A DNA stretch of 63,258 bases, filler included, from Chiloscyllium plagiosum (taxonomy: Eukaryota), in the NCBI RefSeq assembly GCF_004010195.1. It is 4 parts of one record of this genome, joined end to end, with 100 filler letters (N's around TTAATTAATTAA, not from the genome) between each part and the next. Parts side by side here need not be neighbours in the genome. Positions count along the whole stretch, not along the records: positions 1 to 28,903 come from NC_057715.1; 3 more parts are not named here. One strand, 5' to 3'. Both the position numbers and the translations under genes were made by a program. Shown in pieces: positions 1-11,760 of this stretch (position 1 is its first letter; each line of letters opens with the position of its first letter). Below the pieces are notes generated by a model, which searched no databases, was not told the DNA's origin, and worked only from the letters and a program-made list of their open reading frames with translations.

Positions 1-830
1 AAAAACTCCTAACAGGGTGAGCTCACCTTTCCTATTCCTAACCTCAGCCCAAACTACCTCAGATGGCGAGTCTTCATCCATCGTTCTTTCCACAGCTATA
101 ATACTATCTTTGACAAGCAATGCCACACCTCCTCCTCTTATACCCCCACCTCTGACCCTACTAAAACATTTAAACCCTGGAACCTGCAAGGTCCCTTACA
201 TTGAAATAAATGCAGTTTAATTTATTAGTCCTACCTTGTCCCTGCCTGCCCTGACTGTGTGATTCGCTGTGTGATCTGTGTACCAGCCTCAGATTGATCT
301 CTTTCCTCACTATCTCCCTGGGTCCCACTCCCTCACCTTACTAGTTTAAATCCTCCTGAGCAGCTCTCGCAAGTCTCCCTGCCAGTATATTAGTCCCCTT
401 CCAATTTAGGTGCAATCCGTCCTTCTTGTACAGGTCACTTCTACCCCAAAAGAGATTCCAATGATCCAAAAATGTGAATCCTTCCCCCATACACCAGGTC
501 CTCAGCCATACATTTATCTGCTCTATCCTCCTATTCCTGCTCTCACTAGCTTGTAGCACGGGGAGTAATCCAGACATTGCTACTCTCAAGGACCTTCTTT
601 ATAAATTTCTGCCAAGCTCTCTGTAATCTCCCTTCAGAATCTCAACCTTTTCCCTTCCTATGTCGTTGGTTCCAATGTGGACAATGACCTCTTGCTGGCC
701 CCTCTCCCCTGTGAGAACATTCTGCACCCTCTCTGAGACTCCCTTGATCCTGGAAGCAACACACCATTCTGATTTTTCGCTGCTGGCCACAGAAATGCCT
801 GTCTGTACCTCGAACTAGAGAATCCCCTAT
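1..830 (-). mobile_element. CR1 LINE fragment: ORF1 SGNH/GDSL esterase domain plus start of the ORF2 APE endonuclease (decayed)
   Basis: Minus ORFs 599-790 (VIVHIGTNDIG) and 341-589 (FLDHWNLFWGR...DGLHLNWKG) match the CR1 ORF1 esterase. Minus translation near 110-140 gives RGGGVALLVKDSI, typical of APE endonucleases. Confidence 0.9.
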
Positions 831-1751
831 GATAGTTACCTGCTGTCAGTTCAATGAGAAAAATGTTTAAGTCAATAAAAATAATTATGAGGTCAAACAG
901 AATGCTGACTCAATATCTCATACTTTATTTCCTTTCTTTTCACTGAAAGTTTTTATAACTGAAAGTGCTGTTCAAAAATAATCTTTCCTAATTTTATCTT
1001 CAAAAACATAGAAATGTGACATAAAGCAGTGCAATGGCATTGATTTTTATTACCTTAGAGATGGTGGGATTTTCTTATGAGGAGAGATTGAGAGTTTGGT
1101 CTACCTTCTCTACAGTTTCATAGAATGATGGGCAACCTCACTGAAACTTAAAAATTCTTACAAGGCATAACAGGATGGATATCAATAAGGGTAAAAATAT
1201 TCCAATGGCCATATAGTCATTTCTGTAGCATTGACTGGAGTTGAACATTGGGCTTTTATGGAATTCCTGTTGCAGCTGACTCCTTGCAAACTGCACAAGA
1301 AATTGGAATTGCAGATGGACAATTCCCTGTATTTGGAACTTTCTGAAACATCCTTTAAAGTCAGAGAATTTGGAAGGTTAGTAGCGATCCAAGAAATGCT
1401 AAAGGATTAAAATCGTACTCTCACTCCTAGATAAATACTAAAGTGAACCACTATGATTCACCACTGATATCCCCAACTAACTCTGATCTATGACACTCAA
1501 CAGCCCACACCCCCAACCCAACACCTAACCCCCTGACCAGATCTTGGAACAGCTGATTATCAGTACACTCCCCATGATTCATCTGACATTGCCAGACCGA
1601 ATCAGATTAGATCCTGCTAGACCACACAACCCCCAGACCGCCCCGTATGTCGAGAATTCCAACCTACCCTGGATACTCATCAACTTAGTTGGCACCTGAC
1701 CCTAACCTCTGACTACCCACACCCCCATCACAACCCACATGGAAATCTACC

Positions 1752-2240
1752 TGAAATAACTCCACAGAGGCTGGTATCCTGTCACCAAGTCACCTTTTAT
1801 TTACACGTGGAGAGTCCTTGACACTGATCCAACTCCCTCAGAGCCAGAGTGAACAGGATGTCTGATACTCCTATTCTTTTTTTTCTTTTTTTTCTTTTAC
1901 CCCCACACTAATGCTTAACTACGGTAGTGCTTATTTTTCCCCCGCACCCATGTTTGTGTGTGTAGGTGTAAGACACAGTGAAAGACAAAAGGTGCATGAA
2001 TCTTTATTCAATTTCCACCACCAGGAAGAAAATAAAACACCCAAGTGATCAGTGACAAGCAGTGCCCTTCACATCAAAGGACAATGCTGTGTGATCAAAC
2101 AGTGAAGGGGAGGGCAGGGATTAAATCAAAATAGAGTTGGAGGGGACACTCCTGTTCCTTTCTGTCAGCATGGACTCTCTGCTTGGACAAGGTTAACTGC
2201 CCCAATTAGAGAATTCATATTCAGTGAGGTCCCACCTCAA
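1752..2240 (-). mobile_element. Solo Gypsy LTR (same family as the 3' LTR at 58810), interrupted by a poly(A) retroposon
   Basis: The reverse complement of 2145-2228 aligns without gaps to 58843-58926 (62/84 identical by hand). On the minus strand it has an AATAAA signal and ends in ...TTATTTCA at 1752. Confidence 0.8.
1877..2144 (-). mobile_element. 5'-truncated poly(A) non-LTR retroposon (3' UTR only; L1/Tx1-like architecture)
   Basis: T-rich tract 1877-1898 is an A-tail on the minus strand, with AATAAA upstream. TSD GATACTCCTATTC (1864-1876) / GACACTCCTGTTC (2145-2157). Second copy at 58927-59037. Confidence 0.75.
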
Positions 2241-2550
2241 TTACCTGGTAGACTGATAGACTAACCTTTCACTTATCCAAGTTCCACTCTACTCCCTTGA
2301 TTACCTTAACACTTTCTGTTATGTATCATGGTTGGGGCTTGTTATGTTGGGGAAGTGGCCTTCCAGAGGTAAGTCACTTGTACACTAATGAGGCTTCAGC
2401 CAGGGTTCATGAGCTTGTTTAGACTTGTTTTAGGTTCTTACAGAGTGTACAACATCACAATAAAGCCTCTCTGCTGGTTTGCTTTAAATGATAATATCAT
2501 ATATTATTTAATTCAAATTGCAGCCTAGTGATTGCCCAGTACAGATAAAC

Positions 2551-2562
2551 TGGTGATGAGGA
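2551..2562 (+). promoter_or_regulatory. Primer-binding site of the Gypsy element
   Basis: TGGTGATGAGGA directly after the LTR and before gag; resembles the TGGCGACGAGG-type PBS of vertebrate Gypsy elements. Confidence 0.6.
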
Positions 2563-3970
2563 GGAATTGGCTAGTATGAGAGAGAAGTAAAAAAGCAATT
2601 CTTTATCACTCACTGGCATGCGGTGACATCAGACCAAAAGAAGAGGGAATGTACCCAACTTTGTATCTGTGAAAAGATAGAATGGGGATAAAAGACAGAT
2701 TTCTCCTTGAGAACAGTAACAAAAGAAGACAATTCAAACTTTAAACAGATGGAAATCTAATGGGCCCATACTGCGCAGCTCACAATGTGAGAAAGCTCGG
2801 GTGTGGAAGCAGGGAACAGAAGAAAAATCCCATGTTCAGAATTAGATATGAATGGGAAGCTGTTCCAATCGAGATCAGGAACCCTGCACCAAAGTACATA
2901 AAATGACGGCTGTACAAAAGAAACCCATGCAGCAGCAGGAGTGCCCCAGATCTGGCAAATCTGGACACTCTGAAACTGATTGCCGGTGCAAGAAGGCCGA
3001 GTGCAGGCCACATTACTGGGTCCTACCAGAGAAAACAGGTCTGTCAAGAAAAATGCCTGCCAAAGAAAAATCAGTGAAATCCCAGGGAGAAGGTTGTGAG
3101 CAAGACATGGATGCCCCTAATGAATCAAACATCTCTGGTGAGAAATTTAATTAAACTTCCACACAGACCAAGGCAATCTGCGTGGATTTTGAATTGTGCC
3201 TGAATTGGACAGGAAACCCATCAAAATGGAGGTAGACACTGGGGCAGCAGTTTCACTTATTCCCTGAAGCAACTTTCAACTAAGAGCTGAGACATCTGCA
3301 ACTCGATCACTTCAACATCACTTCCAGGACATGTACAGAGCAGGTGTTGCCCTTAAAAGGGGATATAATGGTTATGGTGTAACTACACAGCCAGCTGCTG
3401 AGCTACCCCTCCATATTGTGAAAGAAAATTACCCAGGCCGATTTGAGCATTCACAGCTACAGAAACCAAAATTAAACTTGGGGGCTGTGAGCAAATGGTA
3501 GACCCTAAAACTGGTCTACAAAACATCATAACTAAGTACCGCAGTGTTTTTGAAGACACTCCTGGAGAAATGAAGGGAGTCCAGGTTAAATTCAAGTTGA
3601 ATCCAGATATTGAGCCCAAAAGCCTAAGGACATGCAATGTTCCATACGCAATCTGTTCAGAAATAGAAGCAGAACTAATAAGGCTGATGGATGCAGGTTT
3701 ACTCAAACTGTTAAGGACCAGTGACTGGGCAAACCTAATGATCTGAATCTGTTATGACTTCAAAGCTACTGTTAATTCAGCATTATGTGCAGATAAATAT
3801 CCATTACCCATGTCCGGAGATCTGTTCAGTGGCCTATCTGCAGGCAGGTCCGTTCACGGACCTAGCTGCAGATAGGAATCACCGTTGAATCCCAAAGCCT
3901 GCTGACTAGAGTGACTCACTGGGGCTTTTATTATTGTAAATAGATCCTGTTTGGGATCATGTCAGCCCAG

Positions 3971-4096
3971 GAGAAAGTGAGGTCTGCAGACGCTGGAGAT
4001 CAAAGCTGAAACTTTATTGCTGGAACAGCACAGCAGGTCAGGCAGCATCTAGGGAACAAAAGATTCGACGTTTCGGGCACATGCCCTTCTTCAGGA
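3971..4096 (-). mobile_element. PLE family A terminal (pseudo-LTR) fragment inserted in the Gypsy RT
   Basis: Perfect 12-bp TSD ATGTCAGCCCAG (3959-3970 / 4097-4108). Same sequence as the termini of the PLE at 49960-51870. Confidence 0.85.
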
Positions 4097-4098
4097 AT
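4063..4098 (-). ncRNA. Minimal hammerhead ribozyme motif (PLE family A), intact core
   Basis: Minus strand ATTC-CTGAAGA-A-GGGC-ATGT-GCCC-GAAAC-GTC-GAAT: stem I ATTC/GAAT, stem II GGGC/GCCC, palindromic stem III ACGT, GUC cleavage triplet. Confidence 0.75.
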
Positions 4099-5180
4099 GT
4101 CAGCCCAGTCTCATTTCAGAGGTTTATGGACCACCATGCTGAGTGGACTAAAAGCTGAACAATACTACCTCAATGATATGTTGACCCACAGAAGAAGAGC
4201 ATTTGAGGAATCAGGAGGAGACCCTAAATAGCTGCAAGTATGTGGGTTACGAGTAAAAATGAAAAGTGTGTGACTTCTTCCAAGACTTGTTTGAATACTT
4301 AGAGCACATCATTGACAACAAGGGGCTTCACATGGTAACAAAGAAAATAAAGGCAATCACGAATGTTCCTCAGCCTACTAATGTGTCCTAATTAAGGTCT
4401 TTTCTGGGTCTGGTGAATTATTATGTCAAATTCATTCCAAATTTGATAACCTTTTTGAAGCTGTTACACAATCTTCTATGCAATGGTTGGGCTTAAAAAT
4501 GGAACCTTGACTGTGAGTCAGCATATCTCACTGTCAAACAGGCACTCCAGAGGTCAGATGTCTTGATTCACTTTAACCCTAACTTTCTCTTTGCAATATA
4601 GTGTGTAGTGCCTCATCTTATGGAATTGGCAAAGTGCTGTCACACACACCCATTGAAGAGGAGAAGCTGATTATCTTCACTTCTCAATTTCTCACTAGTG
4701 CAGAGACAAGAAACTAGAGAAGGAGACCGTCAGCATAATTCCTGGCATGATGACATTTTACCACTACTTTTATAGACACAGTTTCATTCTGCTAATGTAT
4801 TATAATCCCCTCAAGTCCATTTTTGGCCTGTGCATTGGGATTCTCCACAATAGCAGCTAATTTGTTTTGTAGGTGTGCTGTACTCCTGTTGGAACTTGTT
4901 ATGATCTAAAATGCAGGCAGTTGGAATGACGAGCAAAGCGATACATAGACTGCCCCTGCCCTCAAGTGAAGAGCAATCCAGTAATAGTTTGAATATTTGT
5001 TATTTCTCCCAATCAGAAAATGTGCCAGTAACAGTGTTGCAAGTAAAAAATGATACCAAACATTACCCTGTTTTAGTTTAGGTGATAGATCTGCTCCTAA
5101 AAGGCATGGTTAGAAAGAGTGACCTGGAACTTAAGACTGCCCTGGACTTGGCAGTTGTTGGTTCATAATGGCTATGTATT

Positions 5181-5392
5181 ATAGAGTCATAGAGAGGTAG
5201 AGCACGGAAACTGACCTTTCAGTCCAACTTGTCCATGCCAACCAGATATCCCAAATTAATCTAGTCCCATTTGCCAGCACTTGGCCCAGATCTCTCTAAA
5301 CCCTTCCTATTCATAATACCCATCCAGATACCTTTTTAAATGTTGCAATTGTGCCATCCTCCACCACTTCCTCTGGCAGCTCATTCCATACA
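5181..5392 (-). mobile_element. CR1 3' end fragment
   Basis: ATAGAGTC terminal repeat and 3' UTR closely similar to 5529-5745 and 16725-16945. Confidence 0.85.
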
Positions 5393-5528
5393 TTTCCCTT
5401 CAAGAGGTGAGACACACGAGCACTGGTGAGTCACATTAGTGAATCATCAGAGACAAAAATAGAAATTAATGGAAAAACTCAGCAGGTCTGGCAGCAGCTG
5501 TGGAGAGAAATCAAAGTTGACATTTCAA

Positions 5529-7813
5529 GTCATAGAGTCATAGAGTCATACAGATGTACAGCATGGAAACAGACCGTTCAGTCCAACCTGTCCATGCCGA
5601 CCAGACATCGCAACCCAATCTAGTCCCACCTGCCAGCACCTGGCCCATATTCCTCCAAATCCTTCCTATTCATATACCCATCCAAATGCCTCTTAAATGT
5701 TGTAATTGTACCAACCTCCACCACATCCTCTGGCAGCTCATTCTATTCACGTATCACGCTCTGCATGAAAAAGTTGCCCCTTAGGTCTCTTTTATATCTT
5801 TCCCCTCTCACCCTAAACCTATGCCCTCTAGTTCTGGATTCCCCGATCCCAGGGAAAAGACTTTGTCTATTTATCCTAGTCATGCCCCTCATAATTTTGT
5901 AAACCTCTATAAGGTCATCCCTCAGCCTCTGACTCTCCAGGGAAAACAGCCCCAGCCTGTTCAGCCTCTCCCTGTAGCTCAGATCCTCCAACCCTGGCAA
6001 CATCCTTGTAAATCTTTTCTGAACCCTTTCGAGTTTCACAACATCTTTCCGGTAAGAAGGAGACCAAAATTGCACGCAATATTCCAACAGTGGCCTAATC
6101 AATGTCCTGTACAGCTGTAAAATGACCTCCCAACTCCTGTACTCAATACTGTGACCAATAAAGGAAAGCATACCAAATGCCTTCTTCACTATCCTATCTA
6201 CCTGCGACTGCACTTTCAAGGAGCTATGAACCTGCACTCCAAGGTCTCTTTGTTCAGCAACACTCCCTAGGACCTTACCATTAANNNNNNNNNNNNNNNN
6301 NNNNNNNNNNNNNNNNNNNNNNNNNNNNNNNNNNNNNNNNNNNNNNNNNNNNNNNNNNNNNNNNNNNNNNNNNNNNNNNNNNNNNNNNNNNNNNNNNNNN
6401 NNNNNNNNNNNNNNNNNNNNNNNNNNNNNNNNNNNNNNNNNNNNNNNNNNNNNNNNNNNNNNNNNNNNNNNNNNNNNNNNNNNNNNNNNNNNNNNNNNNN
6501 NNNNNNNNNNNNNNNNNNNNNNNNNNNNNNNNNNNNNNNNNNNNNNNNNNNNNNNNNNNNNNNNNNNNNNNNNNNNNNNNNNNNNNNNNNNNNNNNNNNN
6601 NNNNNNNNNNTCAAAAAGCTCAATCAAGTTTGTGAGATATGATTTCCCACGCACAAAGCCATGTTGACTATCCCAAATCAGTCCTTGCCTTTCCAAATAC
6701 ATGTACATCCTGTCCCTCAGGATTCCCTCCAACAACTTGCCCACCATTGACGTCAGGCTCACTGGTCTATAGTTCCCTGGCTTATCTTTACCGCCATTCT
6801 TAAACAGTGGCACCACGTTTGCCAACCTCCAACCTTCTGGTACCTCACCTGTGACTATCGATGATACAAATATCTCAGCAAGAGGCCCAGAAATCACTTC
6901 TCTAGATTCCCACAGAATTCTCGGGTACACCTGATCAGGTCCTGGGGATTTATTCCCCTTTAACTGTTTCAAGACATCCAGCACTTCCTCCTCTGTAATC
7001 CGAATATTTTGCAAGATGTCACCATCTATTTCCCTACAGTTGATATTTTCCATATCCTTTTCCACAGTAAATACTGATGCAAAATATTCATTTAGTATCT
7101 CCCCCATTTTCTGTGGCTCCACACAAAGACCGCTCTGCTGATCTTTGAGGGGCCCTATTTTCTCCCTAGTTACACTTTTGTCCTTAATATATTTGTAAAA
7201 ATGCTTTAGATTCTCCTTAATTCTATTTGCCAACGCTATCTCATGTCCTCTTTTTGCCCTCCTGATTTCCCTCTTAAGTATACTCCTACTTCCTTTANNN
7301 NNNNNNNNNNNNNNNNNNNGTCATCCAGCATTCCCTATACCTACCAGCCTACCCTTTCACCCTGACAGGAATATACTTTCTCTGGTTTCTTGTTCTCTCA
7401 TTACTGAAGGCTTCCCATTTTCCAGCCGTCCCTTTACCTGTGAACATCTGCCTCCAATCAGCTTTCAAATTTTCTTGCCTCATACCGTTAAAATTGGCCT
7501 TTCTCCAATTTAGAACTTCAACTTTTATATCCAGTCCATCCTTTTCCATCACTATTTTAAAATGAATAGAATTATGGTCGCTGGCCCCAAAGTGCTCCCC
7601 CACTAACACCTCAGTCACCTGCCCTGCCTCATTTCCCAAGAGTAGGTCAAGTTTTGCACGTTCTCTAATAGGTACATCCACATACTGAATCAGAAAATTG
7701 TCTCGTACGCACTTAAGACATTCCTCTCCATCTAAACCTTTAACACTATGGCAGTCCCAGTCGATGTTTGGAAAGTTAAAATCCCCTACCATAACTACCC
7801 TATTATTCTTACA
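5529..7813 (-). mobile_element. CR1 (HER1-like) LINE, ORF2 endonuclease-RT pseudogene plus 3' UTR; contains gaps
   Basis: ORF 7349-7792 (VGDFNFPNIDW...LDLLLGN...SDH, APE). ORF 5743-7233 (KSPGPDQVYPR, NYRPVSLTS, QHGFVRGKS, RPLLEYCVQFWSP). (ATAGAGTC)n tail at 5529-5550. Confidence 0.95.
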
Positions 7814-7860
7814 GATATATCCCTCTAAGCCCTTCCTATTCGTATATCCAGGCAGATGCT

Positions 7861-8607
7861 CATGTTGGCTGAGGAGTGGCAGATGGAGCTTAATTTAGAT
7901 AAATGTGAGGTGCTGCATTTTACAAAGGCATATCAGGGCAGGATTTATACACTTAATGGTAAAGTCCTGGGGAGTGTTGGTGAACAAAGAAATCTTGGAG
8001 CGCAGGTTCATAGCTCCTTGAAAATGGAGTCGACAGCAGATAGGATAGTGAAGGAGACATATGGTATGCTTGCTTTTACTGATCAGTGCATTGAGTTTAG
8101 GAGTGGGGAGGTCATGTTGCAGTTGTACAGGACATTGATTAGGACTCTTTTGGAATACTGCTTTCAGTTGTGGTCTCCCTGCTACAGGAAGGATGTTACG
8201 AAACTTGAAAGGGTTCAGAAATGATTCACAAGGATATTGCCAGGATTGGATGATTTGAGCTAAAGGGAGCGGTTGAACAGGCTGGGGTGGGTTTCCCTGG
8301 AGCGTTGGAGGCTGAGGGGTGACCGTATGGAGGTTTCTAAAATCATGAGGGGCATGGATCAGATAAATAGCCAAGGTCTTTTCCCTGGAGTGGGTGAGTC
8401 CAAAACTCGAGGGCATAGGTTTAAGGTGAGAGGGGAAAGATTTAAAAGGGACCTAAGGGGCAACATTTTCATGCAGACGGTGTTGCGTGTATGCGAGGAA
8501 GTGGTGGAGGCTGGTACGATTATAAATATTTAAAAGACATCCGGATGGGTGTATGAATCGGAAGGGTTTGGAGAAATGTCGACCAAATGCTGGCAAATGG
8601 GACTGAT
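7861..8607 (+). mobile_element. CR1 3' fragment (RT C-terminus and 3' UTR), opposite orientation to its host CR1
   Basis: ORFs 7856-8224 (WQMELNLDKCEVLHF...LEYCFQLWSP) and 8273-8533 (TRGHRFKV). Confidence 0.9.
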
Positions 8608-9078
8608 CTCTTGGAAGCCAACGTGCCCCTCATTGCATTAGATCCAGTCTCAATACCAGAAACTTGGCTGTTCGTGCTACATTCCCCTGAGAATCCATCA
8701 CCCCCTACATTTTCCAAAACAGCATACCTGTTTGAAATGGGTATATCCACAAAAGACTCCTGTCCTAGGTGCCTACCTCTCTTACCCTTCCTGGAGTTAA
8801 CCCATTTATGGGAATGTATCTGAGACATTCCCCCCTTCATATAACTGCCATCCATCACATTCTGTTATTGTTGCAAATTCCTCATCGCTTCTATCTGTCT
8901 CTCCAACCGATCCACTCAATCTGATAAGATTCACATCCAACAGCATTAATGGCAGATATAATCCGCAGTAACCCTTAAACTCTCTTTAAACTCCCACACC
9001 TGACAAGAAGTACATATCACTGCAAAGGTCATTTTTGCTCCTTCACAATCTACAGACCCAGAAAATAACACCGTCTTA
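8608..9078 (-). mobile_element. CR1 5' part (ORF1 N-terminal region)
   Basis: Minus ORF 8520-8858 contains IPISNRYAVLE, a motif of CR1 ORF1 upstream of the esterase. Same orientation as the CR1 at 5529-7813. Confidence 0.75.
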
Positions 9079-9079
9079 A

Positions 9080-9255
9080 GTCGAGTGTACCTTCCTCACA
9101 ACTAGTGAACCATCAGCCATGTTTGTGGTTTTGATTTGGGTTCTTACAGAGTGCACAACTTTGGAATAAAGCCCCACTATTAGGTTACAAAAACTCTGTA
9201 ATCATATATTCTTTAGTTCTGACTAGAGGCTAGTAATTGCTCAGTGTGGATTGCT
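9080..9255 (+). mobile_element. Partial LTR related to the LTR at 2317-2549 (probable 3' LTR of that Gypsy element)
   Basis: Shared blocks in the same order: GGTTCTTACAGAGTG(T/C)ACAAC, AATAAAGCC, ATCATATATT, CTAGT(G/A)ATTGC(C/T)CAGT. Confidence 0.65.
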
Positions 9256-9555
9256 TACCCTTCCTCATTTGATGTCATAGGGCCTTTGGGAACTATATAT
9301 GACAGCAAGTGTCCTGATAAAAAAAAGGGGTGCATTGACCAGCAATGCCACTCTTGAGCTGAATCCATTTCTCTTTGATGTCCTCCCAAGACACATTTGA
9401 CATGTTCCCAACTCAGAAACTGAAAAAATTTTTGACAGATTGACGGGTGGTTTTAAAGAGGATTTCCACTGATCAAATGTTTGCTGACAGTAATTGGAAT
9501 ATCTGGCCAAAGATATTTCTTTTGGCTGGTGATTCTGAAACTAAGGTACATAATG

Positions 9556-9872
9556 GGCTTCGTGATTAGCACTACTGCCTCACAGTGTCAAGGACCCAGG
9601 TTCGATTCCACCTTTGGGTGATTGTCTGCGTGGGTTTCCTCTGGGTGCTCCGGTTTCCTCCCACAGTCCAAAGATGTGTAGGTTAGATGAGATAGCCATG
9701 CTAAATTGCCCCGTCGTGTCCAGGGATATGCAGATTGGGTGGATTAGCCATGGGAAAAACAGGGTTATAAGCTAAGGGGTGTGGGTCTGGGTAGGATGTT
9801 CTTCAGAGGGTCGATGTGGACTCGAAGGGCTGAATGGCCTGCTTCCACACTATAGGGATTATATGATTCTAT
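9556..9872 (+). mobile_element. HE1-like tRNA-derived V-SINE
   Basis: B box GGTTCGATTCC, V-domain GGGTTTCCTCTGGGTGCTCCGGTTTCCTCCCACAGTCCAAAGATGTG, CR1-like tail. Confidence 0.85.
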
Positions 9873-11029
9873 AATGTCAGGGTAAGTGTAAGATTGAGAT
9901 ATGAAAGAGTTTTTTTTAATACAGAGGGTGGTGAATCTTTTGAATTCCCTACCTCTGATAATAAAGTCAATTGCCAAATAATGATTATAACCTGATGCAC
10001 TGCCCCAGTGAGTTCTTGAATATCCAGACAAGAATATATTTGCACATACCTGCAATCATATTTGGTGTCAATGACATAGACAATCTTATTATGGATTTAG
10101 AGGCTAGGCTTAAAAGCGAGGATTAATTGTTTATGACGTTTACTTGTACTGTTAGCTGTTAAAATATAGGATATATTTTTAAGTTCCTTATTCTTTAAAT
10201 GATCATCTTGTTGGTGATTAAGCATGTCATCTCTCTGTGATTTATACTACAAGTGAATGAGAAATGTCACTGAAAAGTGAGATGGCCTGAACTTCTCTGG
10301 AAATTAATGGAGCAGCTCTGATGTGGCATAGCTTCTTTCATGCATCCATAATTGGAGTGCCAATTTATTTCCAATCATTTCAAGTACAGTAATTACATTG
10401 CATTCCACCAGTAAAAGGATTATCCCTGCTTATTTAACACTCAGAGGAAAAGGCTGGTGACTGATATTGTCAAAAGGCTAAAAGTCTAATCTATGCACAT
10501 GTGAATGATGGGGTTGGAATGCTCGATACAGAGTTATTAAATGGCTGGCATCTTTTTTTGAAAGCTGACATGAACAGCACTGAAATCTATCAAAATAATA
10601 ATTACTGAAGAGACTCTTTTGAATGCTGAATACGAGTTCGGAATTGTTTATGTGTGTATGAGTGCTTATCAAGGTGAAATATGACAAGGGACCAGGAATT
10701 AAACATTTTCCATGTTAGCATTGCAGCAATGAAGTCAGGCAGGTCAGTTGCAACGCAGGTCAGATGCAATAGTTTCGTTTGTATCACCCCTAACAATGTG
10801 GCTTCACTCCTGCTTCAGAATAATACTATTAAAGATCCAGATGGATGGTCATATTTCTTGCCATGGAAGCTTGGATAAATTATTATGTCAACTGGTGCTG
10901 AATTGTTAATACTTTTGGTTATAGAAAAAATGAATGCAAATATAAAACATTATTTTCTTGTGGGCAGATTTGCAAATTTATATATATGATTTTAGAACTT
11001 TGTTTGATCACTAAAGTAAGGAAAAATCA

Positions 11030-11195
11030 CCATAGTCCCAGGAAACCACACTCTCATTAGAGATAGCAAATTGGTGGTGGTTTAACCTAAGGGTCACTAC
11101 CCCTCAGGTGAGGCGAGGCGGTTGAGAAGAAGAGGCCTTCATGGTAACCTCAGTTGGTGCAGGGACTGTGTACATGCTGCTAGAGTCACTCTGCT
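11030..11195 (-). mobile_element. Unclassified SINE-like repeat fragment (second copy near 32615-32760)
   Basis: Shared blocks CTCTCATTAGAGA...GGT(T)TAA...GAGAAG...TCATGGTAACC between the two loci. Strand and class are inferred. Confidence 0.45.
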
Positions 11196-11204
11196 TGCTG
11201 TGCC

Positions 11205-11760
11205 TGGATACTGATATTCTTGTTCTGGTGCAAGTGCACCTCAGTCCCTCTGAGTATCAGCATTTACAAAAGATTTAAGTCTTTTTTTAAAAAATCCCCT
11301 TTTCTGTCCTTCAGAGTTTCATATATGCCCAGAGTGTACTCCATCTTCCAACACATTGTCAATTAACTTAATCTCTTTATATCTCTTTGCAACTTCTTTG
11401 TGCCTTTATGATAACATACTCCCACTCAAATTTACATTGATGGTAACCATGGATATAGCCTCCTAGCTTAAGCCATTACTTTGGATTACAAATAGCTGAG
11501 ATCCTAGCTCTGATCCTTGAGCCACACACTATAAATTTGAACTCTGCTTTCTGTCTGTTCGCAATTCTCTATTCATATAAATATATTACACCAAAACTCC
11601 TTTCATGCTACCTTTTGTATTAGCCTCTTTGGTGGCACTTTATCAAATGCATCAACTGGTTCAACTTTATCTATTCCCCTTGTAATTCCCCTCAAAAACT
11701 CAAACTCTACTTCCTTTCCAAAATGCTATTATTTATTTCTCCTGTCAAAATATGATTTTC
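11205..11760 (-). mobile_element. Highly decayed CR1 RT fragment
   Basis: Colinear similarity to other minus-strand CR1 RT copies (TGGCACTTTATCAAATGC, CTCAAAAACTC). Confidence 0.5.

Larger units (their letters stand above)
2317..5180 (+). mobile_element. Decayed Gypsy (Ty3) LTR retrotransposon: 5' LTR, PBS, gag zinc knuckle, protease, RT, RNase H; integrase largely lost
   Basis: TG-starting LTR at 2317 with AATAAA near 2459. Degenerate CCHC knuckle CPRSGKSGHSETDC. Protease MEVDTGAAVSLIP near 3227. RT start NVPYAICSEIEAELIRLMDAG...SDWA. RSFLGLVNYY near 4395. Many stops and frameshifts. Confidence 0.9.
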
